Below are positions 16,961-25,036 of a stretch of 64,000 nt of DNA, one piece after another. How positions within the stretch are numbered: the first letter of the stretch is position 1; the number at the start of each line of letters is the position of its first letter. Position numbers and translations under genes: made by a program. This DNA comes from Candidatus Bathyanammoxibius amoris (GTDB lineage Bacteria > Planctomycetota > Brocadiia > Brocadiales > Bathyanammoxibiaceae): contig JAMXCW010000009.1 of NCBI GenBank assembly GCA_024451685.1, positions 3,872-67,871 on the forward strand, written 5' to 3'. The notes beneath the pieces are model-generated. The model was given only the letters and a program-made list of their open reading frames with translations, did not search any database and was not told the origin of the DNA.

Positions 16961-18583
16961 TCATTTCATCAATGATTGAATGCGGGGGCGGAAATCCTTT
17001 GCCAGGCGGCCCAGCGTGGGCGAGATATCGTCTTCGTCGATTATGGCGTCTATCAGATAGAAGTCTTTGCTGTTGGTTGCCGTGCGGAGTGCTTTTGTAA
17101 AGTCTGTTGAGGTAGAGACTTGCGTGCCGTTTCCCCCAAGGCTCCTGGCCAGACCCACGTAGTCCCATGGGTGGACGTGGAGATAATCCCTCTCCTTGTC
17201 CAGCACCTTAAGTGTAGCAAAGCTGCTGTTGTCAAACACAATGACGATAGGGTTGAGGCCCATCTTCTTTGCGGTTGAAAGTTCAACCCCCGTCATCTGG
17301 AAACACCCGTCGCCCACCAGCACAACGGGTCTCCGGGAGGGCAGGGCCAGTTGGGCGCCTATTGCGCCGGGTGTGGCGAAGCCCATGCTCGCGTAGTATG
17401 CGGGTCCGATAAAGATGTCCGTCTTCAATTCAACAGAGGCAAACAACGGGTCGCCAACGTCGCTAATTACCAGGTGTTTGTTCGTTAGAAAATTGTTCAG
17501 CTCATCGATGATAGTTGCTACAGTGAGCTTCTTTGCTGCACGTGCCTTCTTCTTTCTGACGGTCTCTTTCCTCGGGGGTTTAAACGAGCGCCTTTTTAGT
17601 GTCTTTGTCTTTAACAGGCCCTTCATCACGTCTTGAAGGTTTACGTCCTTGTAGCAGTGGTGGCTCACACATACCTGCTCCGAGGTCGCCTGTATTATGT
17701 GTGGTGTGTAGGAGGCGAATACATCCGCCACGCCGAAGTCTATGGGTAACGAGCCGAGTGAGAGTATGCAGTCAGACCCCTCAACATAGTCCCTTACGTG
17801 TTTTGGGCTGAGCTTGCCGATATAATTGCCGATGAAATTCGGGTGACTCTCGGGTAGTACGGATTTGCCCAGAAGGGTTGTGGCCACGGGCATGTTCAGT
17901 TTTTCTGCCAGCCTCGCCAGGTCTTTCATCAGACCAAAGCGTTCAATCTCGACGCCTGCGTATATGACCGGACGGCGACTGGTGTTGAGTCTGTTGATTA
18001 TCTCCCCAAGGGCCTCTTTCAGTACCGGGTCCTTGTTGCCGGTCTTCTCGCGTTTAGTGACGCACCTGGGCGGCGCATCGACATTGACCATATCCCTGGG
18101 TATCTCAATGTAGCCCGGACGGGAGAGTTTTTTTGTGGTATCTATTACCCTGTCTATCTCAGAAATAGCGCTTAGTTCGTCGTTCAGGACGGCCGTGGAT
18201 GCCGTAACCTCTTGGTATATCTTGTGTTGTGACTCGTAGCGCTTTACCCTGTGATGGAAGAGCGCGTCCGGATCTCTACCGGCTATCTCAGGGGCGCCGG
18301 TCAGCACGATGACGGGAGATTTTTCCGCGTAGGCGAGGGCGATGGGGTTGACCATGCTTAACGCGCCGACACCCTGGGTGACGATTGCCACTCCCAGTCC
18401 TTTGAGGCGTGCATAGACGTCGGCGGCATAACCGGCGGAGGGTTCGTTCGTCATCACCACCGTCTTCATCCCGCACCTCTCCTGAGCCGCATAAAGGGGC
18501 AGGATGAAGTCGCCGGGGATGCCGAAGGTGTACTCCACCCCCTCCTCCTTCAGCCTCTTGAATATGTAGTCCGCGATGCGCAC
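16961..18583 (-). CDS. Thiamine-diphosphate-dependent 2-keto-acid decarboxylase family protein (indolepyruvate/pyruvate decarboxylase-like)
   Basis: GTG start, N-terminus MRIADYIFKRLKEEGVEYTFGIPGDF, and TPP motif GDGCFQM...NSSF. Confidence 0.8.
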   Translation of the reverse strand: MRIADYIFKRLKEEGVEYTFGIPGDFILPLYAAQERCGMKTVVMTNEPSAGYAADVYARLKGLGVAIVTQGVGALSMVNPIALAYAEKSPVIVLTGAPEIAGRDPDALFHHRVKRYESQHKIYQEVTASTAVLNDELSAISEIDRVIDTTKKLSRPGYIEIPRDMVNVDAPPRCVTKREKTGNKDPVLKEALGEIINRLNTSRRPVIYAGVEIERFGLMKDLARLAEKLNMPVATTLLGKSVLPESHPNFIGNYIGKLSPKHVRDYVEGSDCILSLGSLPIDFGVADVFASYTPHIIQATSEQVCVSHHCYKDVNLQDVMKGLLKTKTLKRRSFKPPRKETVRKKKARAAKKLTVATIIDELNNFLTNKHLVISDVGDPLFASVELKTDIFIGPAYYASMGFATPGAIGAQLALPSRRPVVLVGDGCFQMTGVELSTAKKMGLNPIVIVFDNSSFATLKVLDKERDYLHVHPWDYVGLARSLGGNGTQVSTSTDFTKALRTATNSKDFYLIDAIIDEDDISPTLGRLAKDFRPRIQSLMK

Positions 18584-18707
18584 GTTGTGGTCTCCCCAAT
18601 CTTAAGCTCTATATATTATCATTGCCGTGCATATGGTGTCAAACCGGTAAAAAATATTAAAGGCGTCTTATTTTTTTCTGCAAAGGGCAAACAAAAAATA
18701 CAGGTCG

Positions 18708-18736
18708 TTGATTCCGGTTGACAAAAGTATTATATT
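18708..18736 (+). promoter_or_regulatory. Possible sigma-70 promoter of the hydrogenase operon
   Basis: TTGATT (18708-18713), 17-nt spacer, TATATT (18731-18736). Confidence 0.3.
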
Positions 18737-18793
18737 GTGTGTGACGTTCCGTGACCCGATGCGGGGCCGTACACGAAAACCGGGGAGGTACGA

Positions 18794-19894
18794 ATGGAGA
18801 AATCCATATACGAAGAGTTCCTGGAAAGGGGTCTCACCCGCCGCGACTTCCTGGGTTTCTGCGCCGCGATGGTTGGAACGCTGGCCCTCCCCTGGGATGC
18901 GGTGGCGAAGGTCGAGAAGGCCCTGAAATCCTCCAGACGGCTTCCTCTCATATGGCTTGAGCTGCAAAGCTGCACGGCCGATACCGAGTCTTTCCTGCGC
19001 GCGAGCAATCCTTCCGCGTCTCAACTTATCCTCGACGTCCTTGCGATAAACTATTCAGAGACCCTTATGGCCGCGGCGGGCCATCAGGCTGAAGAGGTAT
19101 TGTGGAAGACGGTTGAAGAGGAAAAGGGAAAGTATGTCGCGGTCATAGAGGGTTCCATACCGACCGCGGACGGCGGTGTCTACTGTACCATCGGCGGGGA
19201 GACGGCCCTTGAGAGGACCAAAAGGGTTTGTAAAGATGCCGCGGCGGTTGTGAACGTCGGAACGTGCGCATGTTTTGGCGGTCTTCCCAGTGCAAGGCCC
19301 GACCCTACGGGGGCGAAGAGTGTCGAAGAGGCCATCCCCGGCGTTCGGAACCTGATTAACCTGCCGGCCTGTCCGGTAAACGTGGTAAACGTCTCGGCCA
19401 CACTTGTCCACCTGTTGACGTTCGGCGGCATTCCGTCAAAGGACCGGTTACATCGGCCGCTGTTCGCCTACGGCAGGAGGATACATGATTCTTGTGAGCG
19501 GCGCGGTTCCTACGACGCGGGGTATTTTGTGGAGAAGTGGGGCGACGAGGGTCACAGGAGGGGCGGGTGTCTGTATAAGATGGGGTGCAAGGGCCCTGCG
19601 ACCTTCCATAACTGCCCCAAAGTACGCTGGAACGGCGGCACGAGCTGGCCGGTCGGCAGCGGACATCCTTGTATTGGTTGCGCCGAGCCGAATTTCTGGG
19701 ACAGCATGTCGCCTTTTTATGAACACCTGCCGACTGTACCCGGTTTCGGCGTGGCGACCTCGGTGGACAAGGTCGGCGCGGGGCTGGTAGCGGCGACTGC
19801 CGCCCTGTTCCTGCTCCATGGCGCGGGGAGCTGGGTCAGGGATAGAATCATACGAAAACAGGAAGAGAAGGAAGAAAAAGAAGGCCAAGAATAG
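18794..19894 (+). CDS. [NiFe] hydrogenase small subunit (group 1, Tat-exported, C-terminal membrane anchor)
   Basis: Twin-arginine signal TRRDFLGF, Fe-S cysteine ligands (CTADTES, GTCACFGG, CPVN, HDSCERRG, CLYKMGCKGP, HPCIGC) and a C-terminal TM helix. Confidence 0.9.
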   Translation: MEKSIYEEFLERGLTRRDFLGFCAAMVGTLALPWDAVAKVEKALKSSRRLPLIWLELQSCTADTESFLRASNPSASQLILDVLAINYSETLMAAAGHQAEEVLWKTVEEEKGKYVAVIEGSIPTADGGVYCTIGGETALERTKRVCKDAAAVVNVGTCACFGGLPSARPDPTGAKSVEEAIPGVRNLINLPACPVNVVNVSATLVHLLTFGGIPSKDRLHRPLFAYGRRIHDSCERRGSYDAGYFVEKWGDEGHRRGGCLYKMGCKGPATFHNCPKVRWNGGTSWPVGSGHPCIGCAEPNFWDSMSPFYEHLPTVPGFGVATSVDKVGAGLVAATAALFLLHGAGSWVRDRIIRKQEEKEEKEGQE

Positions 19895-19934
19895 GAGGAA
19901 GTCTCTGTTTAAAATTTAATAAAGAAGAAGAGAT

Positions 19935-20678
19935 ATGGAAAAGACACACGCTCCCGAAGAAATCATACAAAAGACGCGTGCCCGTTTTACGCGCATCGCC
20001 AAAGACCCGTCTTCTGAAAAGAGGTTCCCCGTCGGCCTGGAGAGCGCAAAACACCTCGGGTATGATGCGGACGAAATAGATTCAATGCCGGATTCTGTAA
20101 CCGAGTCCTTTGCGGGTGTTGGTTGCCCAATTGCCCTTGGCCCGATAAACGAGGGAGAGACGGTGCTTGACCTTGGCTGCGGTGCAGGACTTGACAGCCT
20201 TCTTGCGGCACGCAGGGTGGGCCCGGAGGGGCGTGTCATAGGGATTGATATGACACCCGATATGGTGCGCAAGGCAAGTGAAAACGGCCAGAAGCTTGGG
20301 GTAGAGAACGTAGAATTTCGGCAAGGTTCGGCGGAGCAACTGTCTCTGGGAAATACCTCAGTCGATATCGTCCTTTCAAATGGTGTTATAAATCTCTGTC
20401 CCGATAAAGGACGTGTCGTTTCGGAAATTTATCGTGTCCTTCGCCCCGGAGGGCGTCTCTACGTGGCAGACATTACCCTTGAGGATGGGGTAGACCAGGC
20501 CACGGTAGAAAAACTCGGCACATGGTCCGACTGAATATGCGGTGCGATACCAGGAAGGTCGTTCCTGGAACTACTGAAGCAGGCGGGATTCGTCGATGCC
20601 CGGATGATTGGTAAGACGGTCTACCGCACCTCACGTTATACGGTAGGGGCCACGTTCATGGCCGGAAAACCGGAGTAG
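19935..20678 (+). CDS. ArsM/UbiE-type SAM-dependent methyltransferase, probable selenoprotein (TGA 20532-20534 read as Sec)
   Basis: SAM motif VLDLGCGAGLD, then SNGVINLCPDK and LRPGGRLYVADI. The ORF stops at ...GTWSD-TGA, but the same frame continues ICGAIPGRSFLELLKQAGF...MAGKPE to TAG 20676-20678, which completes the family-typical C-terminus. Confidence 0.65.
20550..20568 (+). other. Candidate bacterial SECIS hairpin
   Basis: CCAGGAA-GGUCG-UUCCUGG starts 15 nt after the UGA. The loop contains GGUC, as in the E. coli fdhF SECIS (recalled from memory). Confidence 0.5.
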
Positions 20679-20737
20679 CGGAGCACGTCATGACACGGCG
20701 TTTTAATAAAAGAAGTTAAACCCGAGGAGGAAGAAAA

Positions 20738-22447
20738 ATCACAAGAGTAGTCGTAGACCCGGTAACCAGGATTGAAGGCCATCTGCGGATAGAGGTGGAG
20801 GTAGACCCGGAGAAACACCTTGTCACAGACGCCTTCTCGTGTGCCACTATGTTCCGCGGCATAGAGATAATCCTTAAGGGCAGGGATCCCAGAGACGCGT
20901 GGCTCTTTGCGCAGAGGATATGCGGCGTCTGCACCGTGGTCCACGCCATGGCGTCAATACGCGCGGTGGAGAATGCCCTGGATATCCGTATCCCTCCCAC
21001 CGCCCGTCTCATAAGAAATATAATTACGGCCACACAGTTTGTCCACGACCATACGATCCACTTCTACCACCTGCATGCCCTGGACTGGGTGGACATTACC
21101 TCTGCGCTCAAGGCCGACCCCGCCGGGACCGCCACACTCGCAGAGTCTATCTCAGACTGGAGCCCGTCCGGAACGGCCTACTTCAGGGGTGTGCGGGACA
21201 GGCTCAAGAAGTTTGTGGGGAGCGGGCAGATGGGGCCGTTCTCGAACGCCTACTGGGGACATCCCGCGTACAAGCTACCCCCGGAGGCAAACCTGCTTGC
21301 CGTGGCCCATTATCTTGAGGCCCTGGAATGGCAGAAAGATTTTGTAAGGATACACGCGATCCTGGGCGGTAAGAACCCGCACCTCCAGTCGCTCATCGTG
21401 GGCGGCGTATCTGTCCCCGTTGACCCGAATAGCGAGGACGCCCTGAATGCCGGCACCATCGCTACCATAAGAGACCTGGCCGTGAAGGCCCGGGATTTTG
21501 TGGAAAAGGTCTACCTGCCCGACTTGCTGGCGATTGCCTCGTTCTATAAGGAGTGGGGGGTGATAGGAAGGGGTGTCGGGAACTATCTATCGTACGGCGA
21601 ATTCCCCATGAGCGACAACCCGCGGGACGTGTATATACCCGCCGGGATAATTCTTGAAGAAAATCTGGGTAAGGTACACACGGTTGACCAGGAAAAGATA
21701 GCTGAATACGTGACCCGTTCATGGTTTGAGTACTCCGGGGGCGACAAAGAGGGCAGGCACCCGTTCAAGGGGGAGACGAAGCCGCGGTATACCGGGCCAA
21801 AACCTCCTTACAAAGAGATTGGCACGGACGGCGAGTACAGCTGGTTAAAGGCCCCGCGGTATGAAGGGAGGGTGATGGAGGTAGGACCGCTTGCCAGGAT
21901 GCTGGTTGCCTACGCCTCAGGCCATGAAAGGGTAAAGGGGCTCGTAGACGGCGCGCTCAAGACCCTGGACGTCCCGGCCGAGGCCCTGTTCTCTACGCTG
22001 GGCAGGACGCTTGCGCGGGGCGTGGAAACGGTGGTTCTGGCCGAGAAGATAATTGACTGGACGGATGAACTGGCCGTGAACATGGGCAGGGGCGAAATTC
22101 AGATACACGCCGGTGAGCGGTGGGACCCGTCGGAATGGCCTGCCGAAGCGATGGGTTACGGTCTCCACGAGGCCCCCCGCGGCGCGCTGGGACACTGGAT
22201 ACACATAAAGGACAGAAGCATCCACAACTACCAGTGTGTGGTCCCAAGCACCTGGAACCTGGGGCCGAGAGATGACAGGGGACAGATAGGCCCCGTGGAA
22301 AAGGCCCTTATTGGTACACCGGTGGCGGACCCGGCACAACCCCTGGAGATATTGAGGACCGTGCATTCTTTTGACCCCTGCATGGCATGCGGTGTTCACC
22401 TCTACGACACCCGGGGAAAGGAATTGAATTTCGTAAAGGTGGGATAG
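20738..22447 (+). CDS. [NiFe] hydrogenase large subunit (group 1); start probably the non-canonical ATC at 20738
   Basis: RICGVCTVVH N-terminal Ni-binding motif and C-terminal DPCMACGVH plus a 15-aa cleavable tail. The conserved ITRVVVDPVTRIEGHLRIE is encoded upstream of the first GTG (20795) with no ATG/GTG/TTG in frame. GAGGAGG lies 7 nt before the ATC. Confidence 0.85.
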   Translation: MTRVVVDPVTRIEGHLRIEVEVDPEKHLVTDAFSCATMFRGIEIILKGRDPRDAWLFAQRICGVCTVVHAMASIRAVENALDIRIPPTARLIRNIITATQFVHDHTIHFYHLHALDWVDITSALKADPAGTATLAESISDWSPSGTAYFRGVRDRLKKFVGSGQMGPFSNAYWGHPAYKLPPEANLLAVAHYLEALEWQKDFVRIHAILGGKNPHLQSLIVGGVSVPVDPNSEDALNAGTIATIRDLAVKARDFVEKVYLPDLLAIASFYKEWGVIGRGVGNYLSYGEFPMSDNPRDVYIPAGIILEENLGKVHTVDQEKIAEYVTRSWFEYSGGDKEGRHPFKGETKPRYTGPKPPYKEIGTDGEYSWLKAPRYEGRVMEVGPLARMLVAYASGHERVKGLVDGALKTLDVPAEALFSTLGRTLARGVETVVLAEKIIDWTDELAVNMGRGEIQIHAGERWDPSEWPAEAMGYGLHEAPRGALGHWIHIKDRSIHNYQCVVPSTWNLGPRDDRGQIGPVEKALIGTPVADPAQPLEILRTVHSFDPCMACGVHLYDTRGKELNFVKVG

Positions 22448-22448
22448 T

Positions 22449-23105
22449 ATGGGCCCGAAGGTCGAGAAAAGGGTGGCGACGTATGTATGGGAACCGGTGG
22501 TAAGGTGGGCCCACTGGTTGATTGTCGTATGTATACTTGTGCTCGCCGCGACCGGGTATCTTATAGGAAACCCCGTGCTGCTCACCGGAAGTGGCGCGCT
22601 CATCATGAGCCACGTCAAGTTCATACACGTTGTTACCGCGCTGGTGTTTTCGACCGCCGTTTTTGTCCGGATTCTCTGGCTCTTCGTGGGGAACGAGTAC
22701 GCGAGCTGGAGGGGCCTGATACCCGTAGACGCCGAGAGGCGGAAGAACGCCCTGGAGACGCTGAAGTGGTACTTTTTCCTCAAGATGAGGAGCCCCGGCT
22801 CTATCGGCCACAACGCCCTTGCCGGCATGGCGTATGCGGCGATTTTTTTGCTGTGTCTTGTAGAGATATACACGGGCCACGTCCTTTACGAGATGCACGG
22901 GAGCGGCGGTGTCGGCTGGGCGGTGGCGGTCTTTGGCGCCCAGGAGATTAGATTCGTCCATCATTTCCTGACGTGGGTATTTTTGATGTTCCTCGTCCAC
23001 CACGTCTATTCCGTGTTTCTGTGCGCCATGAGCGAGAGAGACGGGCTTGTAGAGGCCATGTTCGACGGTTACAAGTTTATTGAGGAAGAGAAGCTTCCGA
23101 GATAA
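22449..23105 (+). CDS. Ni/Fe-hydrogenase b-type cytochrome subunit
   Basis: 4 TM helices with conserved His residues and a WEPVVRWAHWL N-terminus. It starts 2 nt after the large-subunit stop. Confidence 0.85.
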   Translation: MGPKVEKRVATYVWEPVVRWAHWLIVVCILVLAATGYLIGNPVLLTGSGALIMSHVKFIHVVTALVFSTAVFVRILWLFVGNEYASWRGLIPVDAERRKNALETLKWYFFLKMRSPGSIGHNALAGMAYAAIFLLCLVEIYTGHVLYEMHGSGGVGWAVAVFGAQEIRFVHHFLTWVFLMFLVHHVYSVFLCAMSERDGLVEAMFDGYKFIEEEKLPR

Positions 23106-23150
23106 TCAAGGGGCATACGCCGGAGGCGCACAGGCCCGACCGCAAGTATC

Positions 23151-23426
23151 CTACCTGAACAAGCCGATGACGAGGTTTATGAGGACCCAGAATAACCCGT
23201 TGGCGCCGCACACCATGCCGGCGTAGGCGAGGTAATGGCCTCTGAGCGGATACGCGCGAGTTGCCCTCATCCCAAGATAGCCGGTAATTATCGCGCCGAC
23301 CGCAAGGAGTATCTGAATCACCATGATGGCGACGTGTACCATCAGGAAGAAGAGGATGAGGGACAGCACGCCCATAGCGAGGGAGATAATGGCAAAGATT
23401 GACCATCCCGGTTTGTAGTACTCCAT
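23151..23426 (-). CDS. Small integral membrane protein (DUF4190-like)
   Basis: 91 aa with 3 hydrophobic helices. No catalytic motif. Confidence 0.45.
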   Translation of the reverse strand: MEYYKPGWSIFAIISLAMGVLSLILFFLMVHVAIMVIQILLAVGAIITGYLGMRATRAYPLRGHYLAYAGMVCGANGLFWVLINLVIGLFR

Positions 23427-23653
23427 GGTTTATGGCTCCACCGTAGAGGGTAGTAGGAAAATCTGCACGAATCTTACAACGCCCCACCGGCGAAATCAAA
23501 CATTATTCATGAATACATTACCTCGCTCAGAATGACGTCGATTAACCAAACAGGTAGGTCATAGCCTCACCATGGCCGCACATTAATTTATCTGTCTCCT
23601 ATATTCATCATTGTCAAGACGTGGCCTTAACCTACCCCTCTGTCATTCTGTGT

Positions 23654-23706
23654 GTAGCGTGGCAGCTTGCTGCCACGTTCAACGTTGGAGCAAGCTCCAA
23701 CGCTAC
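23654..23706. repeat. Palindromic doublet, family D (GTAGCGTGGCAGCTTGCTGCCACG / CGTTGGAGCAAGCTCCAACGCTAC)
   Basis: Two internal hairpins enclosed by a GTAGCG...CGCTAC outer stem. It is preceded by a family-B-like GTCATTCTG fragment. Confidence 0.7.
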
Positions 23707-23712
23707 ATCAAA

Positions 23713-23740
23713 TCAACGACTGTAAAGGTCGTTGTCTACC
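23713..23740. repeat. Solo family A unit
   Basis: TCAACGACTGTAAAGGTCGTTGTCTACC. Confidence 0.75.
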
Positions 23741-23854
23741 GGGAACGTTTTTTGAAGATGTAGGGATAATTCATGTTACGCTAGAGAGGGGATTAGCTTT
23801 AGCGACAACGTCCTCAACAGTATTTTGTTTTTTGTGGCGGTTTTCGTGCAGCTA

Positions 23855-24592
23855 TCAGGGAGCAAGGAGCAGTTTTGTGTCGCTATCGTCGAAGACGCAG
23901 CTGTGGCCCGTTACGTCGGTTTCTTCTTTGTACCTGCCGTAGGCAGTTACCTGCCCCACGGGCACGCCGAACGTCTGGAACCAGGGTATCCAGGAGGGTT
24001 TCTCCGGGCCGGCGCCCGTTATCACCGGGCCCAGGTTGTGGAGGTTTATGCCCTTCAGGGCCTGCCATACCACCCAGTGGCCCATGCTGTGGCCTACTAT
24101 CTTAATACTCTCCTCGTACCGGCAGTTTTCCTTACTTAATTCCGCCTTTGTGCGCTCGATAAGGTCGTCACGCGCAATGATGTGTTTTCTCAGTATCCCC
24201 GCGACCCGTCGTACGTCCGCGCCGAAGAGGGTGGTGTAGTGAAGGAAGTTGCCCCACGTGAAGCCGGGACAGTTATGGTTCAGGAAGAACACGTCCTCGT
24301 CCTTCTCTTCTTTAGTGGTCTCGACGTGGAAGAGGCGTGTCGGGCTGTCCGGGGTTGAGGCCCTCTTGGTCTCCTCCGTGCAGGTTATCCGGATGCCGCC
24401 CAGTTGTCTCTGTTTCTTCTTATTCAGTAATATCTCATAGAGGGCGAAGATGGTGAATATACCGGGAGGGCAGCCCGACTGCCGTTCTATTTCCGCCGCC
24501 CGCCGGGCGTCGAAGTCGCAGATATCCTCTTCATGAGGGGTGTCGGAATCGGTCAGGTCTAGCCTCAGTCCAGGTACTATATAGATGGCCAT
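23855..24592 (-). CDS. Hypothetical protein with a lipase-like GxSxG nucleophile elbow
   Basis: A VGHSMGHWVV motif in the C-terminal third. Otherwise no family is recognised. Confidence 0.4.
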   Translation of the reverse strand: MAIYIVPGLRLDLTDSDTPHEEDICDFDARRAAEIERQSGCPPGIFTIFALYEILLNKKKQRQLGGIRITCTEETKRASTPDSPTRLFHVETTKEEKDEDVFFLNHNCPGFTWGNFLHYTTLFGADVRRVAGILRKHIIARDDLIERTKAELSKENCRYEESIKIVGHSMGHWVVWQALKGINLHNLGPVITGAGPEKPSWIPWFQTFGVPVGQVTAYGRYKEETDVTGHSCVFDDSDTKLLLAP

Positions 24593-25036
24593 TTTTCTTC
24601 TCGATTACCTCTAATTCTTTTTTCCCTTCCTTGACGTGGGCCTCGCCGGGGATGGGGCGGTGCCGTCCCGCTTGAAACCGGTATTTTATATGATAGAATG
24701 GCTGTAGTCAAAAATGATTATGGGTTTCTAACAGGGAAGGGATTTTTGGAGTTGCGGATTTTCCAAAAGATATTGACTGAGACTGTCTTCATCCCTTTTG
24801 ACCTTTCCGTACGGTTCCCGTCCGCGTTGCCGCCGTTTTCCTTCCAGGGTTTCACCTGAATGCCCGTCTGAACCCCCTGGTCCGGGGGAATCTCGCCGGG
24901 GCATTTTCATGCCCGACCTCTGATATTAAAACCTCTGCAAAGTCCAATATTTTGGAGTTCTTTTCCAGAAGCGGGTCTCCGCCTGAGGCGGACGGGACTC
25001 CATAAGAGGATACTTTTTCAGGGGTCTCGCGTCAGG

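Noticed and set aside
20795-22447. GTG 20795 as the start of the hydrogenase large subunit (as in the ORF track).
   Set aside because: It would delete the conserved N-terminal VDPVTRIEGH segment, which is clearly encoded in frame just upstream behind a strong SD sequence.
21917-22873. Long antisense ORFs opposite real genes. Examples: 21917-22873, 22308-23003, 44106-45014, 29172-29918, 26754-27302, 33369-34232, 3237-3854, 11199-11933 and 38298-38921.
   Set aside because: They are shadow ORFs typical of GC-rich coding DNA. Their translations are low-complexity (Arg/Pro/Ser/Gly-rich) with no motifs, while the opposite strand encodes proteins with clear family signatures.
24593-25036. 445-bp gene-free spacer checked for a structured RNA (6S, tmRNA, RNase P or SRP signatures).
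   Set aside because: I could not recognise any conserved core motif of these RNAs. Only short local hairpins are present, for example TCCGCCTGAGGCGGA. Without a covariance-model scan nothing can be claimed.
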